Shown: in pieces, positions 47,070-61,153 of the stretch
Layout: each line of letters begins with the position of its first letter
Position numbering within the stretch: the first letter of the stretch is position 1
Assembly (NCBI GenBank): GCA_963814585.1
Contig: CAWFDF010000012.1
Coordinates: 192,001 to 256,000 of the forward strand
Direction of reading: 5' to 3'
Length of the DNA: 64,000 nt
Origin: an uncultured delta proteobacterium
GTDB taxonomy: Bacteria > Myxococcota > Myxococcia > Myxococcales > Anaeromyxobacteraceae
The notes under the pieces: generated by a model
Databases searched by the model: none
Seen by the model: only the letters and a program-made list of their open reading frames with translations
Told to the model about the DNA's origin: nothing
Translations under genes and position numbers: made by a program

Positions 47070-47602
47070 AGCGCCGTCCCGGCTCCCTTCCGCGTCGGGC
47101 CGGGACGGGCCCGGGGACCGGCCCGGGCCGCCACCTCGTGGATGGAGTCCCGGGTGACGTAGGCCGTGCCGTGGAAGAGCGCCACCTTGGCTCCCGCGGC
47201 GTCCCGCACCTCCACCTCGACGCGGGAGAGGCGGGCCGAGCGGGAGACCTCGACCGCAGTGGCCGTCAGCGTGCCGCTGGTGGTGGCGGCCAGGAAGGAG
47301 ATGGAGACGTCGATGGCCAGGGCCACCGGCCCGCGGGTGTTGCAGGCCACCGCGAAGGCGAAGTCGGCCAGGGTGAAGACCGCGCCACCCTGGGCGACGT
47401 CCACCCCGTTCATGTGGGCATTCCCGAGCGTCATGCGGGCCACGGCGCGCCCCGGGCCGCAGTCGACCAGCCGGATGCCGGCCCCGGCCGCGAAGCGGTC
47501 GCGGCGGAAGAAGCGGCGGAGGAAGGCGGGCGTGGGCGCGGCCGGCCTGGGGGCGTCGGCAGGAGGCTGGCGACTCCTCGGTGCGGGTCTGGGCTTTGAC
47601 AT
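47070..47602 (-). CDS. PaaI-family hotdog-fold thioesterase; 3' end uncertain (no stop until 46721)
   Basis: [44 protein letters not shown]. Confidence 0.85.
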
Positions 47603-47866
47603 GGGTGAGATCGCTCCGCACCGAACGGCGTGACAGGCTCGAGCAGGATCGTCGCTGGAATCGAAGCTGGCACGGCGCCCGGATTCTCCGCAAGGTGGAT
47701 CTCGCCTGTCGCCGGGGAGCACGGCAGCCGTCGACCCCGGAGCACCCCCAGCCGTCCCCCGTGAGCGCCCAGGGATGCCCGCTCCTCGGGGGCCACCTGG
47801 CCCGGTGGCGGCTCACCACGGTGCGGGAGTATCTTCCCGCCGCTACTCGACCCCGCGAGGCCAGGC

Positions 47867-49498
<1,632 letters not shown>

Positions 49499-49596
49499 TC
49501 GCGCTCCACGGTAACCGTGGACGAAAGCGCCGGCCGGCGTTACCTTCCGCCTCCGGTCGGGCCCTGCCCGCCGTTCACCCTCGCACTGGAGTCCTC

Positions 49597-50184
49597 ATGC
49601 TTCGCTCGCTCGCTCGCCTCACCACCCTGCTCGCCGTGCTGGCCGTCGCCTCCCCCGCGCTCGCCCAGGACAAGGGGCAGGCCGCGCCGGCCTCCTCCCG
49701 GCTCTCCGTCGGCATCTCGGTCACCGCCCTCGACCTGACCGCTGCCGAGGTGAACTCGCCAGTCCCGTCGGCCGCCGACATCCTGGTCGGCTTCGACCTC
49801 GGGCAGTTCCGGCTCGAGCCCTCGCTGGGCATCAACCGCTACTCGATCGACGGCGGCCCCAAGGGCAGCGCCTTCAACCTCGGCTGCGGGCTGCTCATCC
49901 CCATCAAGCAGGGGAAGTCGGTGTCGATCTACGCGGCCCCCCGCCTCTTCCTCGGGTTCGTCTCCGCCGAGAACGGGGCCAGCTTCTCGGACTCCGGCAT
50001 CGACCTCACCCTCGCCGGCGCCCTCGGGGCCGAGTGGTTCGCGGACCCCCACTTCTCCATCGGCGCCGAGGCCCGGCTCAGCTACGTGATCCTCAGCGAC
50101 CTGAGCGACGCCGGCGTGATCCTCCGCGACAACGCCTCGATCTTCGCCACCAGCGGCCACGTCTTCTTCCGCTTCTACCTGTAG
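49597..50184 (+). CDS. Putative outer-membrane beta-barrel protein
   Basis: Signal peptide ALA|Q, amphipathic strands, C-terminal FRFYL. Confidence 0.72.
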   Translation: MLRSLARLTTLLAVLAVASPALAQDKGQAAPASSRLSVGISVTALDLTAAEVNSPVPSAADILVGFDLGQFRLEPSLGINRYSIDGGPKGSAFNLGCGLLIPIKQGKSVSIYAAPRLFLGFVSAENGASFSDSGIDLTLAGALGAEWFADPHFSIGAEARLSYVILSDLSDAGVILRDNASIFATSGHVFFRFYL

Positions 50185-50247
50185 CGTCCGCGCGCGCCCG
50201 GGGCGCACCTTGCCGGACGCCCCGGGACGCGCTACGCAACGCTGCCG

Positions 50248-52221
<1,974 letters not shown>

Positions 52222-52244
52222 GCGAGGGGCGCCGTGAACGCGAG

Positions 52245-52280
52245 CGCGCCGCCGTCCACGCGAGGTGGAGCGGCGGCGCG
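52245..52280. terminator. GC-rich hairpin between the convergent ABC-F and tpx genes
   Basis: cgcgccgccg-tccac/gcgag/gtgga-g-cggcggcgcg. Confidence 0.5.
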
Positions 52281-52303
52281 GGACGGGGCGCTGCGGCGGC
52301 GGC

Positions 52304-52801
52304 CTACTTGAGCGCGGCCAGCGCCTTCTCGTAGTTCGGCTCCGACCGGTGCTCGGCGACCAGCTCGGTGTAGATGACCTTGTCGTTCTCGTCGAGGATC
52401 ACCACGGAGCGCGCCGTCAGGCCCGCGATGGCAGTATCGAGGATGGTCACCCCCCAGTCCTTGCCGAAGCTGGAGCGGAAGGTGGAGAGCGGCGTGACGT
52501 TGGTCAGACCCTCGGCGGTGCAGAAGCGCTTGGCGGCGAAGGGGAGGTCGGCCGAGACGTTCAGGACCACCACGTTCGGCAAGGAGGCCGCCTCCTTGTT
52601 GAACCGGCGCGCCGAGGTCGCGCAGATGCCGGTGTCGAGGGAGGGCGTGATGTTGAACACCTTCTTCTTGCCCTTGAAGTCGGCCAGGGAGACCTCCTTC
52701 AGGTCGCCGGTGGTGAGCTTGAAGTCGGGCGCCTTCGACCCGACCGCCGGCAGATCGCCGATGGTGTGGAGGGGGTTGCCGCCGATCGTCTGGTTGGCCA
52801 T
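52304..52801 (-). CDS. tpx: Thiol peroxidase (atypical 2-Cys peroxiredoxin)
   Basis: [28 protein letters not shown]. Confidence 0.95.
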   Translation of the reverse strand: MANQTIGGNPLHTIGDLPAVGSKAPDFKLTTGDLKEVSLADFKGKKKVFNITPSLDTGICATSARRFNKEAASLPNVVVLNVSADLPFAAKRFCTAEGLTNVTPLSTFRSSFGKDWGVTILDTAIAGLTARSVVILDENDKVIYTELVAEHRSEPNYEKALAALK

Positions 52802-52954
52802 GTTGACGTCTCTCCTGGTTCAGGTGGTCTCAAGAAGGGTTGGTCTGGGCTCCGAGTCTTGTGCCGATCGGCCAAGGGATTCGAGAGCCCTCGCGGGTAC
52901 ATACCGACGGAGCAACCCCGGCGCCACAGAATGTCACGCCCGGTCACGCCCGCG

Positions 52955-55075
52955 TCAGGCCGGCCGCAGCGAAGCCAGCAGCGGCGAGGGGGTCCCGGTG
53001 GCGGCGATCCAGAGCTGGTGGGCGGTCCGCGTCACCGCCACGTGGAGCCGGCGCCTCGCCTCCGGCTCGTCCGGGTAGGCCCGCGCCGAGGCGTCGGGGA
53101 TGACCACGTAGTCGAACTCGAGCCCCTTGACGCTGGCCACGTCGGTGACGTCGACCCCGGGCCGGAAGCTGAAGGCGCCGTCGAGCGCCAGGCGCGCCTC
53201 GGGCAGGTCGGCCAGCAGCTGGTGGAAGCCGCGGGCGGTCTCGGCCGACGACGCCACCACCGCCACCGAGGCCTGCGGCTCGCGCTCCAGCAGCTCGCGG
53301 ACGGCCCCGCTGAGGAAGAGCTGGGCGTGGGCCTCGCCGGGGAAGTCGAAGCGGACCACGGGCGCGCCGCCCTTGCCGGCGATCGGCGGCTCGGGCGGCG
53401 CCAGCGGGCCGAGGACCAGGTGCGCCAGCTCGGCCACCGGGGCCGGGCAGCGGTAGGTGGTGGCGAGCCGGACGGTGGCGGCGTGCGGGGCCCCGACCGC
53501 CTCCAGCGCCTGCTCCCAGCCGGCGTAGGAGCTGAAGGTCTGCTGGGCCTCGTCGCCGGCGATGGTGATGCTGCGCTCCCCCTGGAGGTGGCTGCCGAGC
53601 ACCGCCAGCTCCACCAGCGAGACGTCCTCGGCCTCGTCGACCACCAGGTGCGAGAGCCGGCGCGCCCCGCTGCCGCCGCGGCGAGCGGCCAGGAAGACCA
53701 GCAGCGGGAGGTCCTCGGCGTCGAGCGTGCCGGCCAGCGACTCGGGCGTGTCCTCGTCCACCGCCAGCCCGTCGATGGTGGCGAGCCGCTCCGGGTCGAT
53801 GCCGGCCAGCGCCAGCGCCGCCGGCTCGGCCAGCTGCAGCCGGGTGTGCCGGACCACCTCCTCGATGGCGGTGGTCGGCAGGTCGCCCCGGGCCTGCTCC
53901 ACCACCCCGGCCACGAACTTCGGGTCGACCAGCAGGTCGCCGAGATCGCGCCGCAGCCCGCGCAGCGTCACCGGGCCGGCCGGTCGCGGCCGCGACGAGA
54001 GCTGCTGGTGGAGCGCCGGGTGGCGCTTCAGGCGGGAGACCAGCGCCGGCGGCTCGGTGCAGAGCCGCGGCGGCGGCACGCCGAAGGCCGACTGGAAGGT
54101 GGCGCGAGCCCAGTCGTCGAGCGTCTTGACCGCCACCTTGTCGAGCCCGAGCGGCGCCAGCAGCCGGCTCGCCAGGCGCGCCAGCCCGGGTTCCGGGACC
54201 ACCACCTGGATGCGCGAGGCCGGGTAGCGGCGCGGGTCGGCGGCGGCGATGCGCGCCAGGCGGTGGAGCGCGACCGTGGTCTTGCCGCTGCCGGCGCTGC
54301 CCAGCACCAGCAGCGGTTCGGAAGGCGGGGCGCTCACCGCCTCCCACTGCTCGCGGTCGAGCAGCGCCGTCACCTCGGCGTCGGCCGGCCGGCCTCGCGC
54401 CCCGACCCCCACGCCCAGCACCCCGGCCCGCGCCGCGGTCCCGGCGCCGCCCCCCAGGCGCGCCCCCGAGATCGAGGCCCGCCTCCAGCCCTCGGGGCCA
54501 CGCACCAGCGCCGTCGTCCCGGCGCTGATCCGGACCAGCCGGCCGCGGTCGATCACCACCACCCGTCGCGCCTCCACCACGCCACGCGCCAGCCGGCCCG
54601 GGAACGGCTCCTCGTACTCCTCGCCGTCCCGGTAGCGGTAGAACAGTCCGGCCACCGGCGCCGCCCGCCAGTCGACCACCCGCACGCCCGACTCACGCTC
54701 GAAGAAGGTGGATCGCCCCAGGCAGTAGTCGCGTACCTCCTTCCCCTCGCGGAGGCGCAGGTGGGCGAAGTAGGGCGCGGCCGGATCCGGGGCGGCCCCC
54801 CCGCGGCTTCGCTCCATCACCGCCCGGACCAGCCCCATCTCCTGGAAGACCGTGGGGAGGTCCTTGGCGGTCAGCTCCTGCGCCTCCTCGCGAAGCTCAC
54901 GCAGCCGCCCTTCCAGCTCGACGCCGTCGTCGTGCCTGGCCCGGCGGGCCGAGAGCGCCGCGTGGACCGCGGCCAGGAGCGCCTCCTCCTCGGCGACGAG
55001 CCGGCGCTCGGCCGGCGTGAGGGCGCCGGACCCGGCTTCCGCGGCGGTGGGGGTGGACGGGCGCAAGGTCGCCAA
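52955..55075 (-). CDS. SF1 helicase-like ATPase resembling HelD
   Basis: PYFAHLRL, VVDWRAAP..LFY, GSAGSGKTTVALHRLA, VVDEAED, YRCP, KGLEFD, HVAVTR. The start may be TTG at 55066. Confidence 0.8.
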   Translation of the reverse strand: MATLRPSTPTAAEAGSGALTPAERRLVAEEEALLAAVHAALSARRARHDDGVELEGRLRELREEAQELTAKDLPTVFQEMGLVRAVMERSRGGAAPDPAAPYFAHLRLREGKEVRDYCLGRSTFFERESGVRVVDWRAAPVAGLFYRYRDGEEYEEPFPGRLARGVVEARRVVVIDRGRLVRISAGTTALVRGPEGWRRASISGARLGGGAGTAARAGVLGVGVGARGRPADAEVTALLDREQWEAVSAPPSEPLLVLGSAGSGKTTVALHRLARIAAADPRRYPASRIQVVVPEPGLARLASRLLAPLGLDKVAVKTLDDWARATFQSAFGVPPPRLCTEPPALVSRLKRHPALHQQLSSRPRPAGPVTLRGLRRDLGDLLVDPKFVAGVVEQARGDLPTTAIEEVVRHTRLQLAEPAALALAGIDPERLATIDGLAVDEDTPESLAGTLDAEDLPLLVFLAARRGGSGARRLSHLVVDEAEDVSLVELAVLGSHLQGERSITIAGDEAQQTFSSYAGWEQALEAVGAPHAATVRLATTYRCPAPVAELAHLVLGPLAPPEPPIAGKGGAPVVRFDFPGEAHAQLFLSGAVRELLEREPQASVAVVASSAETARGFHQLLADLPEARLALDGAFSFRPGVDVTDVASVKGLEFDYVVIPDASARAYPDEPEARRRLHVAVTRTAHQLWIAATGTPSPLLASLRPA

Positions 55076-55155
55076 GTGTAGGCCAGCCCACCCCGCCGCG
55101 CACGGCGGCCGCTTCTCCCTCGACGGGGCGTCGCGGCCGTGCGACCACCTTGAGG

Positions 55156-56383
55156 ATGCGCTGGATCGTCGCGGCCGCCGGCACCGCCCTGATGGGGGTC
55201 CTGGGAACCGTCTACAGCTGGAGCCTCTATGCCCGGCCGCTGGGGCAGGCCTTCGGCTGGTCGGCCCGGACCACCACCGGCGCCTTCTCGACCGCCATCT
55301 TCTTCCTCGGCGTGGGCGCCATCGTCGGGGGGAGGCTGCAGGACCGGCTCGGTCCCCGGCGGGTGGCGCTGGCCGGAGCCGCCCTCTGGGCGATCGGCAA
55401 CGTGGCGGCCGGGCTCGGCACGGCGCGGCTCGGCGCGCCCTGGCTCTACGTCACCTATGGCGTCGTCGGCGGGCTCGGCCTGGGGCTCGCCTACGTGACG
55501 CCGGTGGCGGCCGTCGCCAAGTGGTTCGGTCCTCGCCGGGGCCTCGGCACCGGCCTGGTGGTGATGGGGTTCGGGCTCGGCGCCTTCGTCTACAACCTGG
55601 CGATGCGGGCGCTCGGACCGATGGTGGACGCCTCCGCCATCGGCACCCGCTTCGCGGCGTCGGGGCTGGTCTTCGGCGCGGTGGGGCTGCTCGCCGCCGC
55701 GCTGCTGCGCGATCCTCCGGCCTCCACGGCGGCCGGGGCGGCCGCCGGCCCCGCCGGCGCCGGGGGCTGGCCGCCGTCCCGCGCCCTCCGCACCCCGCAG
55801 CTCTGGGCGCTCTGGGCCATGCTCTTCCTCAACGTCACGGCCGGCATCCTCTTCATCTCCAGCGCCGTGCCGCTGCTCCGGGAGCTGACCGGCATCTCCG
55901 AGGACCAGGCCGTGGCCGTCTACGGGGCCATCGCGGTGGCCAACGGGCTGGGGCGCTTCTTCTGGGGGGCGATCTCCGGATCGGATCGGGCGGCGGCTCG
56001 CCTTCGCGCTCATCTACGGCGTGCAGGCCGTGGTCTTCGCGCTGGTCGGCGGCGTCCACGCCCTGCCCGCGGTGACCGCCCTCTTCGCGCTGGTGCTCCT
56101 CTGCTACGGCGGCGGCTTCGGGACCATGCCGTCGCTCTGCGCCGACTGGTTCGGCACCCGGCACCTCGGCGTCAACTACGGGTGGATCCTCTCGGCGTGG
56201 GGGGTGGCCGGCGTGGCCGGGCCGGGCTTCGTGGCCGCGGTGAAGGACCTGACCGGCTCCTACCTGGGGGCGCTGCCGGTGATGGCGGCGGTGCTGGCGC
56301 TGGCGGTGGCGCTGCCGGTGGTGGCGCGGCCCCCAGGCCCCATGCGGGACGAGGCGCAACGGCCTCCCCCTCCCGTGCGCTAG
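55156..56383 (+). CDS. OFA (oxalate/formate antiporter-like) MFS transporter, apparent frameshift near 55979
   Basis: GTVYSWS, GRLQDRLGPR, KWFGPRRGL..G, ANGLGRFFWG. Removing one G gives ISDRIGRR and joins ORF 56021..56383 (YGGGFG, NYG). Confidence 0.88.
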
Positions 56384-56408
56384 GATGGGGCCTCACGGAG
56401 GGATCCAC

Positions 56409-56996
56409 ATGAAGACGCCCGCCGCCGTCCTCGCCGTCGCCCTCGCGCTGCTCGCCGCCCCGGCCGCCCGCGCCCAGCCGGTCTCGGCGCGCTCCGGGCC
56501 GGACACCTACCTCCAGTTCAACCTGGGCGCGTTCCTGCCTCAGGCCAGCGACATCGACCGGCTCGACCCGGGCGTCGCGCTGTCCGGCACGTTCGGGGCG
56601 ATGTTCACGCCCAACGTCGGAGCCGAGGCGAGCGTGGGGTACTACCGCGCCGCCGCCACCGTGAACACGGTCCCGAGCGTCGACACCGCGCTGGGCGTCG
56701 TGCCGGTGCTGGTGAGCCTGCGGCTGGTGGCGCCCTTCAAGGCCATGGAGCTCTCGGCGCGAGCCGGCGCCGGCATCCACTTCGCGTCGCTCTACTCCAC
56801 CGCCACCATCGCCAGCGCCTACGACACCACCACCGCCTTCGGCTGGCAGCTGGGCGCCGGGGCGGCCTTCAAGCTCTCGCCCACCATGCTGGTGGGCCTG
56901 GACGTCCTGGGGACCTTCGCCGAGGCGAAGTTCAGCGGGATCAGCACCGGCCTCGACGGGATCACCGTCGCGGTGACGCTTGGTTACAGGCTCTAG
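56409..56996 (+). CDS. Putative 8-stranded outer-membrane beta-barrel protein
   Basis: Signal peptide, FGWQLGAGAAF, C-terminal LGYRL. Confidence 0.75.
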   Translation: MKTPAAVLAVALALLAAPAARAQPVSARSGPDTYLQFNLGAFLPQASDIDRLDPGVALSGTFGAMFTPNVGAEASVGYYRAAATVNTVPSVDTALGVVPVLVSLRLVAPFKAMELSARAGAGIHFASLYSTATIASAYDTTTAFGWQLGAGAAFKLSPTMLVGLDVLGTFAEAKFSGISTGLDGITVAVTLGYRL

Positions 56997-57007
56997 TGAG
57001 GTACGTC

Positions 57008-57976
57008 ATGCGAACCACGATCGTCGCGGGAGGCGTGGCGGCCCTGCTGACCGCCTGCGCCACCCCCTCGCAGCGCCCCACCACGGTGGAGTCGCCGGTG
57101 CCCCAGCAGGCCCAGGTGGCCGCGCAGCAGGCGCGCCAGGTGCCGGCGGCCCCCCGCTACAAGCGCAAGGTCGCCATCGGCCGCTTCACCAACGAGACCA
57201 ACTACGGCCGCTCGCTCCTCAACGACGCCGAGCTCGACCGCATCGGCAAGCAGGCCTCCGACATGCTGGCCTCGCGCCTGGTCATGTCCGGCCAGTTCAT
57301 CGTCCTGGAGCGCCCCGATCTCACCAAGGTGCAGCGCGAGCAGGCGCTCGGCGGCGCCGCCGGCCTGGTGGGCGCCGACACGCTCATCATGGGCTCGGTC
57401 ACCGAGTTCGGCCGCTCCATCGGCGGCAAGACCGGCTTCCTCTCCAGCACCAAGGAGCAGATCGCCAAGGCCAAGGTGGACGTGCGGCTGGTGGACACCA
57501 AGACCGGGCAGGCCTACTTCGCGGCCAACGGCGCCGGCGAGGCGCGCACCGAGGTCGGCGAGGTGGCCGGCTTCGGCAGCCGCTCCGAGTACGACGCCAC
57601 GCTCAACGACCGCGCCATCGCCGCCTCCATCTCCGACGTCATCGATCGCCTGGTCTCCAGGCTCGGCGACCGGCCCTGGCGCACCGACATCCTCGAGGTC
57701 CAGGGCCAGCAGGTCTTCATCAGCGGCGGCCGGAGCCAGGGCCTGAAGGCCGGCGACGAGCTGGCGGTCATGGAGTTCGGCCAGACCGTGAAGAGCGCCC
57801 AGTCCGGCTTCGACGTGACGCTGCCGCCCCGGCAGGTCGCGCTGCTGCGAGTCGCCTCGACGTTCGGCGACACCGAGACCAACGAGGGCGCCATCTGCGA
57901 CGTCACCTCGGGCACCGTCGACCGCGCCGCGGTCGGCAAGCTCTTCGTCGCCGAGAGGAAGGCAGGCCAGCCATGA
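57008..57976 (+). CDS. CsgG/HfaB family lipoprotein with C-terminal extension
   Basis: LTAC lipobox, KVAIGRFTNETNYG, FIVLERPDL, GSVTEFGR, VDVRLVD. Confidence 0.88.
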   Translation: MRTTIVAGGVAALLTACATPSQRPTTVESPVPQQAQVAAQQARQVPAAPRYKRKVAIGRFTNETNYGRSLLNDAELDRIGKQASDMLASRLVMSGQFIVLERPDLTKVQREQALGGAAGLVGADTLIMGSVTEFGRSIGGKTGFLSSTKEQIAKAKVDVRLVDTKTGQAYFAANGAGEARTEVGEVAGFGSRSEYDATLNDRAIAASISDVIDRLVSRLGDRPWRTDILEVQGQQVFISGGRSQGLKAGDELAVMEFGQTVKSAQSGFDVTLPPRQVALLRVASTFGDTETNEGAICDVTSGTVDRAAVGKLFVAERKAGQP

Positions 57977-58269
57977 GGAAGCTCACCCTCGCCGCAGCCG
58001 TGGCCCTGGCCGCCTGCGCCGGACCGACCACCACCGTCACCACGGTGGACACCCGCCCGGCCCTGGCCATCTCCGGCGCGGCCTCCGGACTGACGCTGTT
58101 CGTGGACGGGGCCCCGGTCGGCGACCCCCGCCTCTACGACGGCAACCCCAACATCCTCCGCGTCGAGGCCGGCACCCATGACGTCGAGCTGCGCGACGGC
58201 GCCGGCGCGGTGGTCTTCCGGCAGCGGGTCTTCGTGGAGAGCGAGCTCAAGACCGTGGTGGTGCACTGA
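57973..58269 (+). CDS. Small lipoprotein (PEGA-like beta-sandwich)
   Basis: LAAC lipobox, LFVDG..VG, VEAGTHDVEL; ATGA overlap with the CsgG-like gene. Confidence 0.75.
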   Translation: MRKLTLAAAVALAACAGPTTTVTTVDTRPALAISGAASGLTLFVDGAPVGDPRLYDGNPNILRVEAGTHDVELRDGAGAVVFRQRVFVESELKTVVVH

Positions 58270-58667
58270 TGGCGGTCGGCCGCAGCGTGGCGCCCCTGGC
58301 GCTGGCGCTCGCGGCCGGCGCCTGCGTCCCGTCCTCCCACTACCACTGGGGCGGCTACAACGAGTACCTCTACGCCCACTACCGTGCGCCGCAGGAGCGC
58401 GAGGCCTGGATCGAGGGGCTCAAGACCACCATCCTCGACGCCGAGCAGCAGGACGAGAAGGTGCCTCCGGGCGTCTACGCCGAGTACGGCTATGCGCTGT
58501 TCGAGGAGGGGAACACCGCCCAGGCCATCGTCTACTACCGGAAGGAGCAGGCGCTCTGGCCCGAGTCGCGCTTCCTGATGGAGAAGCTGGTCCGCAATGC
58601 CGAGCAGCGGGGGCGCCAGCCGAGGCCGCCCACCGAGGGGCCGGCCGGCGCGCTGGAGAAGTCGTGA
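58269..58667 (+). CDS. DUF4810-like lipoprotein
   Basis: AGAC lipobox, YHWGGY...LY, VPPGVYAEYG, EQALWPES. Confidence 0.85.
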   Translation: MAVGRSVAPLALALAAGACVPSSHYHWGGYNEYLYAHYRAPQEREAWIEGLKTTILDAEQQDEKVPPGVYAEYGYALFEEGNTAQAIVYYRKEQALWPESRFLMEKLVRNAEQRGRQPRPPTEGPAGALEKS

Positions 58668-59350
58668 TCACCCCGGCCCGCCTGCACCTCGCCGGAGCGC
58701 TGGCCGCCCTGCTGGCCGGGTGCGTGACCGTCCCCACGCCGGACTACTCGAAGTTCCTGGCGGCCTCGCCGCGCTCCATCCTGGTGGTCCCGGTGGTGAA
58801 CAACACCGTCAACGTCGAGGCGGCCAACTACTTCCTCTCCACCATCCCGGTCCCGCTGGCGGAGCGCGGCTACTACGTCTTCCCGGTGAACCTGGTGAAG
58901 CGGCTGCTCGAGGACGACGGCCTCTCCGACGCCTCCCTGGTCCACGCCGCCGATCCGGTCCGCCTGGCCGCCCTCTTCGGCGCCGACTCGGTGCTCTACG
59001 TCACCGTCCAGCGCTGGGAGGCCCAGTACATCGTCGTCTCGACCACCGTCACGGTCGAGTTCACCTACCTCATCAAGGACGGGAAGACCGGCGACACGCT
59101 CTGGGAAGACCACCGGATCTCCACCTACTCGTCCGGCTCGGGGGGCGGGCAAGGCGGGGCGGCGAGCCTCATCGCCGCGATCGTGAACGCCGCGGTGACC
59201 AAGGCGTCGCCCAACTACATGCCGCTGGCCCGCCAGGCCAACGACCAGGCCATGGGGCCGCACGGCCGCGGGTTCCCGGTCGGGCCCTACCGGGCCGAGT
59301 ACGGCAAGGACTACCCGCGCCCGGCCCCGGCGCCCTCGGCACCACCCTGA
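58664..59350 (+). CDS. DUF799 (GNA1162-like) lipoprotein
   Basis: LAGC lipobox, PRSILVVP, PLAERGYYVFPV, FGADSVLY, GPY. Confidence 0.88.
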   Translation: MITPARLHLAGALAALLAGCVTVPTPDYSKFLAASPRSILVVPVVNNTVNVEAANYFLSTIPVPLAERGYYVFPVNLVKRLLEDDGLSDASLVHAADPVRLAALFGADSVLYVTVQRWEAQYIVVSTTVTVEFTYLIKDGKTGDTLWEDHRISTYSSGSGGGQGGAASLIAAIVNAAVTKASPNYMPLARQANDQAMGPHGRGFPVGPYRAEYGKDYPRPAPAPSAPP

Positions 59351-59434
59351 GCCGGAGCGCCGGACGGGGCGGAGGGGCCATCCTCGGCTCCCGCCCCGCC
59401 TGGCCAGTCCGCCCGGGAGGGCGGCGCCGTCGCT

Positions 59435-61153
59435 TCAGAGCACCTTCACCATGCCGTGGTCGGTCCCGTCCGCGTCATGGGTGTGGATGGCGCAGGCCAG
59501 GCAGGGGTCGAAGGAGTGGATGGTGCGGAGCGCCTCGAGGGGCAGCTTGGGGTCGGCGATGGGGTTGCCCACCAGCGAGGCCTCGTAGGGGCCGGGCTGC
59601 TCCTTGCCGTCGCGCGGCCCGGCGTTCCAGGTCGAGGGCACCACGCACTGGTAGTTCTTGATCTTGCCGTTCTCCAGGACGCACCAGTGGGAGAGGGTCC
59701 CGCGCGGCGCCTCGTGGAAACCGACGCCCCGGAAGCTGCCGGTGGCCAGCTTGGGGTTGGGGTCCGCGAAGGTGGTGGTGTCGCCCTTGCCGATGTTCTC
59801 CATCAGCAGGCCCCAGTGCTTCTGCGTCAGCTCGGCCATCATGGCGGTGCGGATGGCGCGGGCCGCGTGGCGGCCGAGCGTGGAGTGGAGCATGGCCGGG
59901 GTGACGTCGATCTTGTGGATCGACTTGACGGTGGCGACGGCCGCCGACACCCACTTGACGGTGAGCGGGTCCTTGGTGAGGTAGCCGACCAGCACCTGGG
60001 CCAGCGGGCCGACCTGCATGGGCTTCCCGTCGAGCCGGGGCGCCTTGACCCAGCTGTACTTCCTGGGCGCCGGTGACTCGGCCTCCCACGCCCCGGAGAA
60101 CCTGGGGACGGTCTCCTCCTCCCACGGGCCCCGCTGCCAGTCGCCGTCGTAGTGGGAGTGGGCGATCGACTCGGTGACGTTGGCCTTGAGGAACTCGTCG
60201 TTCCAGCTGGTGATCTTCCGGACCTCGGGCTGGCCGGCCATGATGACGCCGCCGGGGAGGTCGAACCTGGTCATCTTGGCGTCGGTGGGGAGGTCGGGCA
60301 CGGCCAGGTAGTTGGTGACCCCGGCACCGTACTTGAACCACTCCGGGTAGAAGCCGGCCACCGCGGCCACGTCCACCAGGTAGCACTGGGTGACGAAGCC
60401 GCTGACCTCGTCGAGCAGCGCCTTGATCCGGTACAGCTTCTCCATGTTGAGGGCGGAGGGGCTGTCGAGGTTGATGGCGTTGGCCACGCCGCCCACCGCC
60501 AGGTTCTGGATGTGGGGCGTCTTGGAGCCGAGGATGGCCACGATCTGGTTGGCCTTGCGCTGGATCTCCAGGGCCTGGAGGTAATGGGCCACCGCCAGGA
60601 GGTTGACCTCCGGGGGGAGCCGCATGGCGGGGTGGCCCCAGTAGCCGTTCTGGAAGGGGCCGAGCTGGCCGGCCTTGACGAAGCCCTCCAGCCTGGCCTT
60701 CACGGCCGTCAGCTCCTTGGTCGAGTTGCCCGGCCAGCTGGAGATCGACTCGGCCAGGGCCGAGGTCTTGGCCGGATCGGCCTTGAGCGCCGCCACCACG
60801 TCGACCCAGTCCAGCGCCGACAGGTGGTAGAAGTGGACCACGTGGTCGTGCAGGGCGTGCGCCGAGATGATGATGTTGCGGATGAGCTGGGCGTTGAGTG
60901 GCACCTCGAGCCCCAGCGCGTTCTCCACGCTCCGCACCGAGGTGATGGCGTGCACCGTGGTGCAGACCCCGCAGATGCGCTGGGTGAAGGCCCAGGCGTC
61001 GCGCGCGTCCCGCCCCTGCAGGATGGTCTCGATCCCGCGCCACATGGTGCCGCTCGACCAGGCGTTCTTGACCACGCCGCCGTCGACCTCCACGTCGATG
61101 CGGAGGTGCCCTTCGATCCGGGTGATGGGATCGATCGTGATGCGCTGACTCAT
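59435..61153 (-). CDS. hybC: [NiFe] hydrogenase large subunit (Hyb type)
   Basis: IDPITRIEGHL, L1 RICGVC, L2 DPCLACAIH followed by a short cleavable tail. Confidence 0.95.
   Translation of the reverse strand: MSQRITIDPITRIEGHLRIDVEVDGGVVKNAWSSGTMWRGIETILQGRDARDAWAFTQRICGVCTTVHAITSVRSVENALGLEVPLNAQLIRNIIISAHALHDHVVHFYHLSALDWVDVVAALKADPAKTSALAESISSWPGNSTKELTAVKARLEGFVKAGQLGPFQNGYWGHPAMRLPPEVNLLAVAHYLQALEIQRKANQIVAILGSKTPHIQNLAVGGVANAINLDSPSALNMEKLYRIKALLDEVSGFVTQCYLVDVAAVAGFYPEWFKYGAGVTNYLAVPDLPTDAKMTRFDLPGGVIMAGQPEVRKITSWNDEFLKANVTESIAHSHYDGDWQRGPWEEETVPRFSGAWEAESPAPRKYSWVKAPRLDGKPMQVGPLAQVLVGYLTKDPLTVKWVSAAVATVKSIHKIDVTPAMLHSTLGRHAARAIRTAMMAELTQKHWGLLMENIGKGDTTTFADPNPKLATGSFRGVGFHEAPRGTLSHWCVLENGKIKNYQCVVPSTWNAGPRDGKEQPGPYEASLVGNPIADPKLPLEALRTIHSFDPCLACAIHTHDADGTDHGMVKVL

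Noticed and set aside
47668..47684. TGGCACG sigma-54-like box upstream of pruA
   Set aside because: The -12 position reads GG rather than GC and lacks TTGC; too weak to call.
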